The notes: generated from the letters alone by a model not told the origin. Positions 8,542 through 18,292 are shown, counted from the stretch's first letter. The stretch is 64,000 nt of DNA from an uncultured Candidatus Saccharibacteria bacterium (GCA_964432275.1 CAYSMH010000001.1:11191-75190); one strand, 5' to 3'. Numbers and translations: made by a program.

Positions 8542-9120
8542 ATGGCAACAATAACAGCGCTCAAAGCTCTCCATGACCACTGGCACGAGGTCAACACTTG
8601 CGCGCTCAAGGCGACCGCTACACGCCCGGTCTATGGTGATGGCAACGCTGCAGCACGAGTAGTGTTCATAGGTGAAGCACCAGGAAAAAAGGAAGACGAA
8701 ACAGGCGTACCATTTGTCGGTGCTGCTGGGAAATTTCTCGCAGAGATGCTCGGGTCCGTCGGAATGAAGCGTGAGGACATCTATATCACCAACATCGTCA
8801 AATACCGTCCGCCCAATAACCGCGATCCTGAGCCCGAAGAAAAAGATGCATGTCGCGAGTGGCTCCACGCAGAGCTTGCTCTGATCAATCCGGATCTGAT
8901 CGTCTTTCTCGGACGACATTCTATGAATGACTTTTTCCCAACTGAAAAAATATCAAATGTACACGGCAAACTACTTGTTAAAAAGTTTCCACACATCGCA
9001 ACTACTCATTTCCTCCCGCTCTATCACCCTGCAGCGGCACTGTACAATGGCGCACTGCGTGCGCAACTCCTAAAAGACTTTGCAATAATCCCAAAACTAC
9101 TTAAAGAAATAGGGAAATAA
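8542..9120 (+). CDS. uracil-DNA glycosylase, family 4
   Basis: GEAPGKKEDETGVPFVGAAGKFL and C-terminal HPAAAL motifs. TATAAT sits 6 nt upstream of the ATG. Confidence 0.85.
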   Translation: MATITALKALHDHWHEVNTCALKATATRPVYGDGNAAARVVFIGEAPGKKEDETGVPFVGAAGKFLAEMLGSVGMKREDIYITNIVKYRPPNNRDPEPEEKDACREWLHAELALINPDLIVFLGRHSMNDFFPTEKISNVHGKLLVKKFPHIATTHFLPLYHPAAALYNGALRAQLLKDFAIIPKLLKEIGK

Positions 9121-9160
9121 AAAATGCAGAACAGGGATGTTCTGCATTCAACTAACACAT

Positions 9161-9685
9161 TCATACTTTAAATTCTCGCCAATTTCTCGCTGCGCCTAAA
9201 TGAAAAAAAGATCGCATACGTTTTTTCTTTGCAGCTTTTTCTCGTGCTTCTATTTCTTCAGGATTGTCTGGGCACCAGTCTTTTTGTTGATGATCAAGAT
9301 TAATTTTCTGACGAACAACGGGCTCTGCTTTCTTGCTAAACATTTTTTCTTTCTTTTCACCCAAGAACACAGGTATTGGTTCTTGTTGAGGAATAAGTTT
9401 TTGTACCCATTGACCGGGCTGTATCGTATTGAGCCCATCTTTAAACGATTCTTTTTTTCTTGGGTTACTCAACGATTCTTCTATCTCTTTACTTATGGGT
9501 GCAAGAAGGGACCAGTCTTCATTTTCAGCAGAGATATTGTCCGTATCGAACTTAAACACTTTGCCCTGCTTGTCTTCATGGTATTTAGTAAAAAACGTTC
9601 TCTTGATCGAATAAGAAAGTTGAGAGAAAAACTGTTGAAATTTTAGCACAATTGGATTGACCTCGTGTGTACTATTAGTTTCCAT
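9161..9685 (-). CDS. hypothetical protein (174 aa)
   Basis: ORF with a strong upstream promoter TTGACT-16-TATAAT, read on the minus strand across 9690-9730. Confidence 0.5.
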   Translation of the reverse strand: METNSTHEVNPIVLKFQQFFSQLSYSIKRTFFTKYHEDKQGKVFKFDTDNISAENEDWSLLAPISKEIEESLSNPRKKESFKDGLNTIQPGQWVQKLIPQQEPIPVFLGEKKEKMFSKKAEPVVRQKINLDHQQKDWCPDNPEEIEAREKAAKKKRMRSFFHLGAARNWREFKV

Positions 9686-9766
9686 TATTTTGTTTTTTAA
9701 ATGTGGTTAGTTAATGAGTTTTCTTTATTATACCCAAATATAATAAATAGTCAATATAGTCAGTCG

Positions 9767-11002
9767 TTACTCCAATGCACACCCGCCATGCACTTTGCGG
9801 TACTTTTTCCCCTTTTGGAATACTCGAAACACATATGGGAGCGGGACGATATGGGTGAAATACCGAAAGTCGATTATTGAGCGCAGCATCCACGGTATCC
9901 ACCCTGTCATGATAAATGATCCATGATTGAAGACTGCCCACCCTACCCCGATTGGGATTACAAATGACGGCTTGACCGGCCGGTACGGTGCTGTAGGCTT
10001 GCGACGAGTCATTGCATGTATTTGGCGGGCAGTGTGTGCCCCATGATCAATAGCAGTCTGTGCGAGACCACTATATGGAGTAGCTGCGCCATCCCCGATC
10101 ACAAACACATGGTCATCTCCTGGAAGTGTGAGTGTTGGCGATACAACGACTCGCTTGCGCTCGTCAAATGTCACTCCAGGTATTTGAGTAAATGCGGTGT
10201 TGATACGCGTCCCTGCAGTCCATATCACAGTACGAGCATTGACTGACATATCTTTGAGAAAGACTTCGGTAACTTCTTGCTCAGCAAGCGTGCGATTGAC
10301 GAATATATTAACCCCCATTTTGCGTAGTCGTGCTTCAGCAAGTCGAGAAACTTTGGGTGGAAGCGTAGGAAGCACCCGAGGGTTTGACTCGATGAGGTCG
10401 ATCGTAACAAAGCTTGGGTCTACTCCATGCTCAACTGCAACCGTAGTCAGATAGCTACGCAAGTCTCCTGCAAGCTCTACTCCTGACGGTCCGCCACCGA
10501 CAATAAGTACATGGAGCATTGAAACAAGATCTTCTTTTGGGACGTTTTGTGCCTTGGCAAAAAGATCACAAAAATGTCGTTTAAGCCTAAGTGCTGCGGA
10601 TACTGACTTGAAGCTATGTGAGAGCTCGGGCAACCCTTTGATATTGAAAAAATTAGTCTCACTACCGAGCGCGAGTACAAGATAGTCATACTCAATCTCT
10701 CTCGTTGTCTCACCTTCTTGTACCCGTATCACTTGCCGCGCTTGGTCGAGACCTGTATAGAGTGCCTGCACTACCGTGACGTCGCGTGTACCTACTATGT
10801 CCCGCACAGGGACCGATACCTCAATCGCAAGCGCGCCGGTGACGAGTTTGTAAAGGGCTGGATAGTATTCGAAAACGGGGTCCTTGGTCACCAATGTGAT
10901 CGCGACGCGGGTGTGGAGCTTGTGGAGAGTCTTGATAGTCTCGATCCCGGCAAAGCCACTACCAACAATAACAACATGGGGGGTACTGGCTGATGAATGC
11001 AT
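9767..11002 (-). CDS. ndh: type II NADH dehydrogenase (NDH-2) / FAD-dependent pyridine nucleotide-disulfide oxidoreductase
   Basis: Two Rossmann motifs, VVIVGSGFAG and VLIVGGGPSGVELAG. The MHSS start at 11002 is chosen because TGCTATACT lies 6 nt upstream; the ORF-track start at 11080 is rejected. Confidence 0.8.
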   Translation of the reverse strand: MHSSASTPHVVIVGSGFAGIETIKTLHKLHTRVAITLVTKDPVFEYYPALYKLVTGALAIEVSVPVRDIVGTRDVTVVQALYTGLDQARQVIRVQEGETTREIEYDYLVLALGSETNFFNIKGLPELSHSFKSVSAALRLKRHFCDLFAKAQNVPKEDLVSMLHVLIVGGGPSGVELAGDLRSYLTTVAVEHGVDPSFVTIDLIESNPRVLPTLPPKVSRLAEARLRKMGVNIFVNRTLAEQEVTEVFLKDMSVNARTVIWTAGTRINTAFTQIPGVTFDERKRVVVSPTLTLPGDDHVFVIGDGAATPYSGLAQTAIDHGAHTARQIHAMTRRKPTAPYRPVKPSFVIPIGVGWAVFNHGSFIMTGWIPWMLRSIIDFRYFTHIVPLPYVFRVFQKGKKYRKVHGGCALE

Positions 11003-11008
11003 GAGCGT

Positions 11009-11017
11009 AGTATAGCA
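11009..11017 (-). promoter_or_regulatory. extended -10 TGCTATACT (ndh), 6 nt from ATG, leaderless
   Basis: Exact 9-mer on the minus strand. Confidence 0.6.
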
Positions 11018-11043
11018 GCCTGGTATGGCAAGGCAAAAAGGTC

Positions 11044-11601
11044 GTGTATACTTGTAAGGTGCAGAACCCTCATTCGTCACAAGAGAAGATTGATCCCCGA
11101 CAACCCGATGTAGAAACTCTCTTTTCTGAGCTGGTAGAGCGCTACCAAGACGCCATATTTCGATTTATATACTTCCGGGTAGCCAACCGAGCTATTGCGG
11201 TAGATATCACCCAAGACACCTTTACCAAGACATGGACATATCTACGAAACGGCAACACTATCGAATACCCCGAAGCATTTCTCTATCGAGCAGCGAAAAA
11301 CGCGCTCATCGACTACTACAAAAAAGAGAAGTCTGGATCGCTCGATACTATGATCGAGGCAGGATTTGATCCTGCGTCTCACAAAGACACCGATGAAGTG
11401 CTTCGTCATGATGACATTGCGACGATTCGATCTCTTTTGGAAACACTCGACGAAGATAGTCGACAAATTATTTTCTTGCGCTATACGGAAGAAAAACCAA
11501 TCGAAGAAATCGCAGCACTCTATGGCAAAAGTACCAATGCAATGACTGTCTACATTCACCGGATCATCAAAAAACTGCGCGAAAAATATCATGAAATATA
11601 A
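11044..11601 (+). CDS. ECF-type sigma-70 family sigma factor
   Basis: Region 2 (YQDAIFRFIYFRV...DITQDTFTKTW) and region 4 (IIFLRYTEEKPIEEIAALYGKSTNAMTVYIHR). The start is uncertain: GTG at 11044, or GTG at 11059 preceded by TGTATACT. Confidence 0.75.
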   Translation: MYTCKVQNPHSSQEKIDPRQPDVETLFSELVERYQDAIFRFIYFRVANRAIAVDITQDTFTKTWTYLRNGNTIEYPEAFLYRAAKNALIDYYKKEKSGSLDTMIEAGFDPASHKDTDEVLRHDDIATIRSLLETLDEDSRQIIFLRYTEEKPIEEIAALYGKSTNAMTVYIHRIIKKLREKYHEI

Positions 11602-12343
11602 CTTCGAACAACTCAATACACTCCGATCATTGAAACTCTCTGAAGAAGAACGAGGGCTTGTTCGAGCACATGTGCACTATCTCATGACAAATACCCCCAT
11701 TAAAAGCGCGGTACCTTCACTGTTTCAACGTGGACTCCATCACGGTCTACGTATCGCACTATCAAGTTTTGCATTTTTCATATTTGTTGGAGGATTTGTA
11801 TCTGCGGTTGCAGCCAATGCCCTCCCTGGAGATCCGCTCTATCCGGTAAAAGTTAGTTTCAACGAAGAAATTCAACTTTTTTTCCAAAAGACACCTGAGA
11901 AAAAAGTAGCGTACAACGCAAAACGTGTCGAAGCTCGGGTAAACGAAATCAAAACACTTGCGGAAACCAAAACTCTGACCAAGGCAAACCAAGCAACCGT
12001 CCAAAAAGCGCTCGATGCTCATATCAAAGATCTCTCGATAGATCTCACTACACTTAGTGATACGGCACCTTCAGCAGCACTGGCTGTCACTACCACGCTT
12101 GAAGACTCACTCAAGGCAAACAAAGCAATTCTCGAAAGTGTTATAGATCCAGCAAGTGAAGTTGCGGTGCAAACCGTAGACAACACGATTCAAGAAGTTT
12201 CAAATCAGGAAGTAAAAATTATTTCAAAAGAAATCGAAGCAATCTCAGCAGACATTACCGCAACCACTACTACCGCAATAGATCCGATTCTCCCCCTCTC
12301 TACGAGCGAGACTCCTCCCCCAAGTACTCCTGTCGAGCCATAA
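11591..12343 (+). CDS. putative membrane-anchored anti-sigma factor
   Basis: Overlaps the sigma-gene end by 11 nt, has a single TM segment (IALSSFAFFIFVGGFVSAVAANAL), and an extracytoplasmic low-complexity domain. Confidence 0.5.
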   Translation: MKYNFEQLNTLRSLKLSEEERGLVRAHVHYLMTNTPIKSAVPSLFQRGLHHGLRIALSSFAFFIFVGGFVSAVAANALPGDPLYPVKVSFNEEIQLFFQKTPEKKVAYNAKRVEARVNEIKTLAETKTLTKANQATVQKALDAHIKDLSIDLTTLSDTAPSAALAVTTTLEDSLKANKAILESVIDPASEVAVQTVDNTIQEVSNQEVKIISKEIEAISADITATTTTAIDPILPLSTSETPPPSTPVEP

Positions 12344-13628
12344 CACGCTCAAGGAGTATCGACAAGCCGATAACGAACAACGAAACCGCACCAAAGATAT
12401 ATGCTCTGGTGCGGTTTCGTATGGGAGTATCCGATATTTCTGCTGGTGCATCATCCAGTACCATATCGGCACTTTCGGGGTATTCATACTCAGACTCCTC
12501 TGCATAGCTCGTAGCTGCTACATTGTTCACTACCGCAGGTATAGTGCTCGCAGCAACCCCGCCACTGGGATCAACGAGGAGTACACTTGCCGGCTGTCCG
12601 ATCGAGAGCACAGTAAACGGGAGTGTTGTGGACGACTTGGCAGCGACGATCGTCATCTCGGGTACAGGGACCTTGGTAGTAGTCGTCACAAAGTACCATC
12701 CCGATAGATCGATATCGGTCGACGACGTATTTTTGATCTCTAGTGCTCGCTGATCTCGGATCGAGAGTATAAGGCCAGGTGCGATGACTGATACTTTTTG
12801 CGTACCCTTGAGTGTGTTGTTGACGTTCGTCGGGTCAGTGTAAAGAAATGAAACAACATAGGTACCTGGATAGCGATATGTGTGAGTGAGCTTCTCACTT
12901 TTGCTCTGCCAGTATCGTGTACCATCTCCCATGTTCCATGTATAAGTGCCGTAGAGTACGTTGTAACCATATTCAAACACAGGATGTGCCTCATACGTAT
13001 ATGGCTGACCGACGTACACAGTTTTCGGTATTGTAAATGCGATGTGTGGCTGGTTGGGCGATACTTTGGGTATCGGGTACGGATCTACCTCACTAGTAGC
13101 GATCGTGGCTACTGTGCCACCGCTCGGCTCTCCATCATCCGAGAGTCCTGTCTTGGGTGTCGCAGCAGCTGTCACCCATTCACCCTCTGCCCACTGCATC
13201 GTAGCCTTGGTACTTGCGTCACCAGCTGGCCACCCGCCCGCGAAACTGAGGCTCTCTATCGTTGTGCCGGCTAGATCGATGAGCACGAGGTCTTCGCCTG
13301 TATTTGCAAATCCGCTTGCACCAAATGCTCCCGCTTCATCATTGATGCCTGGTACCGCATCAGGTGCACTGGCTGTCGTTCGTTCAACAAGTAAATACTC
13401 ACCGGCACCGATAGACTTGGTCATCGTAAATATAACCGCACCATCGCCTTGCATCAGTTTCCAACCTGCAAGATCGACACTATCTACCCCATCATTATAG
13501 AGCTCAAACCATTCTGAATACTGACTTGCACTAGTCCCCATCCATGCGATTTCAGTAATACGCACATCCGCGTGTGCTACTGATGGAATCAAAAATAGCA
13601 CAAACGCCCCAACGTAAAAATAGTTCAT
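12300..13628 (-). CDS. secreted lamin-tail-domain (LTD) plus PKD-like protein with C-terminal TM anchor
   Basis: Signal peptide ending AHA; LTD hallmark ITEIAW...EWFELYN...GWKL; a PKD-like segment (WNMGDGTRYW...GTYVVSFLYTD); C-terminal hydrophobic AYIFGAVSLFVIGLSILL. The start overlaps the upstream stop (TAATG). Confidence 0.7.
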   Translation of the reverse strand: MNYFYVGAFVLFLIPSVAHADVRITEIAWMGTSASQYSEWFELYNDGVDSVDLAGWKLMQGDGAVIFTMTKSIGAGEYLLVERTTASAPDAVPGINDEAGAFGASGFANTGEDLVLIDLAGTTIESLSFAGGWPAGDASTKATMQWAEGEWVTAAATPKTGLSDDGEPSGGTVATIATSEVDPYPIPKVSPNQPHIAFTIPKTVYVGQPYTYEAHPVFEYGYNVLYGTYTWNMGDGTRYWQSKSEKLTHTYRYPGTYVVSFLYTDPTNVNNTLKGTQKVSVIAPGLILSIRDQRALEIKNTSSTDIDLSGWYFVTTTTKVPVPEMTIVAAKSSTTLPFTVLSIGQPASVLLVDPSGGVAASTIPAVVNNVAATSYAEESEYEYPESADMVLDDAPAEISDTPIRNRTRAYIFGAVSLFVIGLSILLERVMARQEYLGEESRS

Positions 13629-15553
13629 TATTCCAATACTTTTTGCAGTTGCTCAGTCGAGACTTCTGCTGTATTCGGAGACACTAAATTACTACTAATA
13701 TCTTTTTGTTCCGCGACAGGTATACTCGGTGGTGCGACTGTCGTAGGTGCTACAGGTACATCTTTCATTGCACTCTGAAGTGCAGCTTTCAAGAGATCGC
13801 GATTTTTTTCTGTTGGACCCCGCTCGGCATGTTTGACCGGCATGACTACTTGTCGCAATGGTTTCTCTCCCACAAACGGTGCCTCCGGTATTTTTTTCTC
13901 AACTGCATTAGTCTGTGAGCTCCCATCAATGGCATCAAGAAGATTTTTCAGTTCTGGTGATGCTTTTATTTCATGGGTATGAGCAACTTGTTGTTTGTTT
14001 TCTATCACAACCTCTTCTTCTTTTTTCTGAACAAAAGACGGTTCTTGCATACGCGGCGCCTTGTTCAACACTTTTGCAAATGGTTTGTGCACCTCATCTG
14101 TCGGTCGCGGAGTTTGGTTTTTGAACAATCCACGAGCAGGAGCACTGTTTCTAATAAATCCTGTAGCGGGTTGTTCGCGTGCAATAAATGGTCGAGGGGT
14201 TGCTCCTTCGGTAAATTTCTTCTTGGGTTTGTCATCCTGTGCACGATCTTCTGCGCCCTCTGCGAACCAGTCAGCAATATTTTTCTCTACTACTTCTTTA
14301 GGGTTAGCATATGTTGCACGTGAACTTTCGATCGCTTGATTACGGAAGGTGATCGTAGGTCGTGCAAGTGGCGGCAATGTTCGTGCTGAAAACGGTTGCG
14401 AACCAATATCGTTGATCATCAGCGATAAATAAATCTCTGCCATTCCCAGATTGATAATATCGTTTGCGGTAAACTGTGGTGCAAATACTTTTTCCAAAAG
14501 CTCAGCATCAAGTGGACCCACTCGAAATGAGATAGTCGTACCCACGTTACCAAACACTGCATCACGTACTTTTTCTTCCATTTGGGCAACATACTGATGA
14601 GCAATAATGAGTGCAAGTTTGTACTTGCGCGCCTCAGCCAAGATGTCGGCAAATGTTTCGTTAGCAAATGATTGAAACTCGTCGACGTAGAAATAGAAAT
14701 TGGGTAGCCCGCCCATACGAGCATGCGAGAGTTCTGCACGACTCATAGCAGCAAGATAGATCTTGGTGATGATCATACTACCGAGAAGTGAAGTGTTGGT
14801 GTCTCCGATACGCCCCTTGGATAGGTTGATGATGAGAATCTTTTGGTCATCCATCACCTGACGAATATCAAATGTCGATTTGGCTTGACCAATAATATTG
14901 CGCACGAGTGGGTTGGCTGTAAATTGCCCGATCTTGTTTTGGATCGCAGGCACTGCCTCGGCTGCCATACGCTCGGTATAGTTGGCAAACTCTTCGGTCC
15001 AGAATGCTTTGACTGCAGCATCGGTGATGTTGTCGACAACCTTTTTACGAAATGCTTTTTCTGAAAGCATGCGGTTGACCCCGAGCAGTGTGGCACCAGG
15101 ATACTCAAGGAGTGCGAGCAAGGTGTTGGTAAGGATGTACTCCATACGAGCAGACCATGCGTCTACCCATATTTTCTTGAACGTACTCATGAGGCCCGAT
15201 ACTACCAAATGTCGACGATCAGGTCCTACGTCTTCGAGTACGTTAAACGATATCGGGTTTTCGGTATCAAACGGCGCAAGATATACAACATCTTTAACAC
15301 GATGCTCAGGGATGTACTCAAGCATTTTCTCGGCAAATGATCCGTGTGGATCAAGTACTGCGACGCCTTCACCGTGGACAATGTCTTGGATCGCCATGTT
15401 CTCGAGCAATGTAGACTTACCCACACCAGACTTACCAATCACATACATGTGACGAGTACGGTCGCGGCTTTTTATACCGAACTTGATACGCTGCCCCCTC
15501 GCATCGGTTTCGGCAAAGTACGTAACATGCTCCGGATCATAGGGAACGGTCAT
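13628..15553 (-). CDS. TraD/TraG/VirD4-family P-loop ATPase (type IV coupling-protein-like), no N-terminal TM; K/E/P-rich disordered C-terminal tail
   Basis: Walker A YVIGKSGVGKST; VLDPHG; and a TraG-D_C-like block FYFYVDEFQSF...KYKLALIIAHQYVAQM...GTTISFRVG. Confidence 0.6.
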   Translation of the reverse strand: MTVPYDPEHVTYFAETDARGQRIKFGIKSRDRTRHMYVIGKSGVGKSTLLENMAIQDIVHGEGVAVLDPHGSFAEKMLEYIPEHRVKDVVYLAPFDTENPISFNVLEDVGPDRRHLVVSGLMSTFKKIWVDAWSARMEYILTNTLLALLEYPGATLLGVNRMLSEKAFRKKVVDNITDAAVKAFWTEEFANYTERMAAEAVPAIQNKIGQFTANPLVRNIIGQAKSTFDIRQVMDDQKILIINLSKGRIGDTNTSLLGSMIITKIYLAAMSRAELSHARMGGLPNFYFYVDEFQSFANETFADILAEARKYKLALIIAHQYVAQMEEKVRDAVFGNVGTTISFRVGPLDAELLEKVFAPQFTANDIINLGMAEIYLSLMINDIGSQPFSARTLPPLARPTITFRNQAIESSRATYANPKEVVEKNIADWFAEGAEDRAQDDKPKKKFTEGATPRPFIAREQPATGFIRNSAPARGLFKNQTPRPTDEVHKPFAKVLNKAPRMQEPSFVQKKEEEVVIENKQQVAHTHEIKASPELKNLLDAIDGSSQTNAVEKKIPEAPFVGEKPLRQVVMPVKHAERGPTEKNRDLLKAALQSAMKDVPVAPTTVAPPSIPVAEQKDISSNLVSPNTAEVSTEQLQKVLE

Positions 15554-15563
15554 AGGTATGTAT

Positions 15564-15572
15564 AGTATAGCA
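15564..15572 (-). promoter_or_regulatory. extended -10 TGCTATACT, 10 nt from ATG of the TraD-like gene
   Basis: Exact 9-mer on the minus strand, immediately downstream of the terminator. Confidence 0.55.
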
Positions 15573-15574
15573 AA

Positions 15575-15608
15575 TAAAAAAACCGCTACTATATAGCGGC
15601 TTTGTTTT
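15575..15608 (-). terminator. intrinsic terminator after 15609..16307
   Basis: GCCGCTATATAGTAGCGGC palindrome flanked by A/T runs. Confidence 0.65.
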
Positions 15609-16307
15609 TTACTTCTTTTTCTTTTTTAAAATAGCCTTAGTTCTTGGTACTGCTTTGTTTGGAGTACCTGGTTTGTGTTGCTTACGATTTCTCCTTGAAC
15701 GTTTTTTAATTTTTTTACGAGGACGTACAACGCCTTCGTAATACGCTTTTTGGGCAAATAGTTCCTTGATTTCTTCGAGCTCTTTTTTAGTAATGCGACC
15801 AGTACTATTATCGGTAAGAAGAATTTTTTCAGATTTCCTAGTCACTGAAACCCAATGATATGTACCAATAGGACCTTCTTGTAACTCCATATAAGTATTG
15901 TTGGAATCGATAGGTCTATTCCTAAGCGCATCGACCAAAAATTTCCCAATAAGTACAGCTTTTTTGGAAAAATCTCCTGTCCTAAAAAGAGAAATAGTTA
16001 AAACTCTTTTTTCACCGATACCCAGCTTTGGTGAAGTAATATGGAACCAGATGCGACCAGACTTCGTTAATCCCCCTTTTTTCTCATCAATTGAAGTATG
16101 GCATATTAGTTTATGCCAATTTATTTCAGTTTGAAGCGATATCTGATTTTTGCTTTCTTTGATCCGTTGAAGTTTGGGGCTTTTTAGTTTTAAGACCAGT
16201 TTTATTCGCTCTTTCTCTTCGGCGGTTAAAATGTAGAAAGTAATTTTTAAAAGACCTGACTTGATCTTTCTGGAATGTTTCTCTGCTTCTTTCTTCGTAA
16301 GATTCAT
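15609..16307 (-). CDS. hypothetical basic protein (232 aa) with Lys/Arg-rich C-terminal tail
   Basis: AT-rich ORF with its own promoter TTGACG-17-TAAAAAT in 16310-16350; no family recognised. Confidence 0.5.
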   Translation of the reverse strand: MNLTKKEAEKHSRKIKSGLLKITFYILTAEEKERIKLVLKLKSPKLQRIKESKNQISLQTEINWHKLICHTSIDEKKGGLTKSGRIWFHITSPKLGIGEKRVLTISLFRTGDFSKKAVLIGKFLVDALRNRPIDSNNTYMELQEGPIGTYHWVSVTRKSEKILLTDNSTGRITKKELEEIKELFAQKAYYEGVVRPRKKIKKRSRRNRKQHKPGTPNKAVPRTKAILKKKKK

Positions 16308-16365
16308 ACGTTATTTATTTTTAAGGTTCAAAATTTATTGTCGTCAATACAATACCACATATTTA

Positions 16366-16399
16366 CAAAAAAGAAAGACCGCTCGTTACGGTCTTTCTA
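16366..16399 (-). terminator. strong intrinsic terminator after the mini-ORF
   Basis: GAAAGACCG-TAACGAG-CGGTCTTTC followed by TTTTTTG on the minus strand. Confidence 0.75.
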
Positions 16400-16415
16400 C
16401 TATCGGGATTGTCTA

Positions 16416-16478
16416 CTATTTTGCAGTTTTCTTGGGTTTCTTTGCTTCTTTTTTACGTGAGTTGTTACCTTTTGCCAT
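16416..16478 (-). CDS. mini-ORF, 20 codons, MAKGNNSRKKEAKKPKKTAK, double stop TAGTAG
   Basis: ATG at 16478 preceded by TTGAAC-17-TATACT (minus strand, 16500-16540) and followed by a strong terminator. Not in the ORF track because it is under 60 aa. Confidence 0.35.
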   Translation of the reverse strand: MAKGNNSRKKEAKKPKKTAK

Positions 16479-16519
16479 GAATGAATTGTTTATACTGTTA
16501 TGTGTATAGTATAAGTCTC

Positions 16520-18202
16520 CTACTCTTTTTGTTCAAGCAGTATCATCATACGTGCAATACGCAACTCATCGTATGAATATTTATCTTTAAAAATTTCACG
16601 AATAGGAGCAAGTTGAGAGGTATCTGCAGCAATAAAGGCGTGCTTTATAGCTGCATAATCTTTGCGAACGCGCTCACTGACAAGGTAATCAATGTCGTCA
16701 TAGGCAAGCCTGCGCTCACTGACCAGCTTCTCAATATGTCCAAAGATTGTGGTCGGTGCCAAGTCACGCTCTTTGCTTATAGTCTTGATCGGCTTACCCT
16801 GCAGTACAAGCATGAGGGTTGCTTCAAGGGTGTCGACTTTTTCTTTCTTGGGTTTCGATACCTTTTTACTCACGGTGCCACCACACGCGAGGATGAAGTT
16901 GCACTGCATCGTCTCCCGCTCACCTCTCGGGATGTCACCAAACATCACTGCTGCAGCCTCTGACTGCTGAACAAACGTGCTATCGATAGCGAGTATGCGC
17001 GGATGGACCTGAAACGTGCGCTCGTTCCATCCGAGCAGGTGTAGCCCATCGAGCGTACGCACACGAGAAAGTGCCACGTACCCTTGCCCGTACTCAAAGA
17101 CTTCGCGCAGGTCCATGACTGCGCTGTCGAGTGACATACCCTGACTTTTGTGAATAGTGATCGCCCATGCGAGCCGGAGTGGTATCTGGGTGATACGCGC
17201 TTTTTCTTTGCCATTTTCTTCGACGATCCAGGATTCGGGCTCTATAGTGATACGTTCCCCGCTTTTGGTCTCAATCACAGGGTACTTGGTCATCGGTTCA
17301 AACGATACTACAGTGCCGAGTGTACCGTTGACGTATCCTTTTTGAGCATTGTTTTTCGTACACATGACTGTCGCCCCGACCTTGAGCATAAGTTTCTCAG
17401 GGGAAAGACACCCCTTTTGCAATGCAGCGACAAGTGAATCTTTACCCTTACTCGTCATAGTGTAGATGGTAGGTAAACTAGAGAGTCTAGCGAGTTCTTG
17501 ATCATTTATAGTATCAACATCAGTGTTGTGTGAAAAAAGACGTGTGAGTGTCGCGTCAGGGTCGAGAGCGTCGTCTGCGTCGTAGCGCCGACGCTCGAGG
17601 TGTTGATGGTGTGTATCACTGTACGTGTTTTTGCGAATTGCAGAAAGTACTGACAGAAACTCATGGTCGCTCTGACGATGCTGCTCGGTCAGATAGCAGA
17701 TCACCGGCTGCATACGACGCCACGCATCACTCTCAAATGCAAAACGTGCCTGATCCCCACTTCTGCTCACTGGCGGCAACTGAAAAAAGTCTCCGACGAG
17801 CACCACTTGTATCCCACCAAATGCTTCATCCCGACTGCGCATTTCACGACAAAGTATATCGATCATATCGAGTATCGCTGCATCGATCATAGAGACTTCG
17901 TCAATAATGAGTACCTTGGTGTTCTGAATGCGCTTAACCAGATACTCAGTTGTCGTGAGCTGATCAAGGTCATACGGACCTAGAGATCTTCGAATACCAA
18001 TGCCACTCCATGAATGAATAGTTTGTCCATGAATATGTGTGGCTGCGATACCAGTCGATGCAGTGATCGCAGGCTCGACACCATGCGCTCGCAGATATGC
18101 CACGTACTGGTTGATCGTATGTGTTTTACCCGCACCAGGTTCTCCAGTGAGAAATACGTTTGCTCCAGTTTTGAGTATATCGAGCGCTTGGGCTTGGGTC
18201 AT
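16520..18202 (-). CDS. Pif1/RecD-family SF1 DNA helicase with C-terminal HTH-like domain
   Basis: Walker A GEPGAGKTHT, DEVSMID, HKSQGMSLD, QGYVALSRV. -10 TACACT lies 8 nt upstream of the ATG. Confidence 0.8.
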   Translation of the reverse strand: MTQAQALDILKTGANVFLTGEPGAGKTHTINQYVAYLRAHGVEPAITASTGIAATHIHGQTIHSWSGIGIRRSLGPYDLDQLTTTEYLVKRIQNTKVLIIDEVSMIDAAILDMIDILCREMRSRDEAFGGIQVVLVGDFFQLPPVSRSGDQARFAFESDAWRRMQPVICYLTEQHRQSDHEFLSVLSAIRKNTYSDTHHQHLERRRYDADDALDPDATLTRLFSHNTDVDTINDQELARLSSLPTIYTMTSKGKDSLVAALQKGCLSPEKLMLKVGATVMCTKNNAQKGYVNGTLGTVVSFEPMTKYPVIETKSGERITIEPESWIVEENGKEKARITQIPLRLAWAITIHKSQGMSLDSAVMDLREVFEYGQGYVALSRVRTLDGLHLLGWNERTFQVHPRILAIDSTFVQQSEAAAVMFGDIPRGERETMQCNFILACGGTVSKKVSKPKKEKVDTLEATLMLVLQGKPIKTISKERDLAPTTIFGHIEKLVSERRLAYDDIDYLVSERVRKDYAAIKHAFIAADTSQLAPIREIFKDKYSYDELRIARMMILLEQKE

Positions 18203-18292
18203 GTGGGGATAGTGTACTACAGGGAGATAAAAATAAAATAAAAAAAGCCACCCTTTAAAAAGGATGGCTTTCAGAAACTACAACAATCACGA

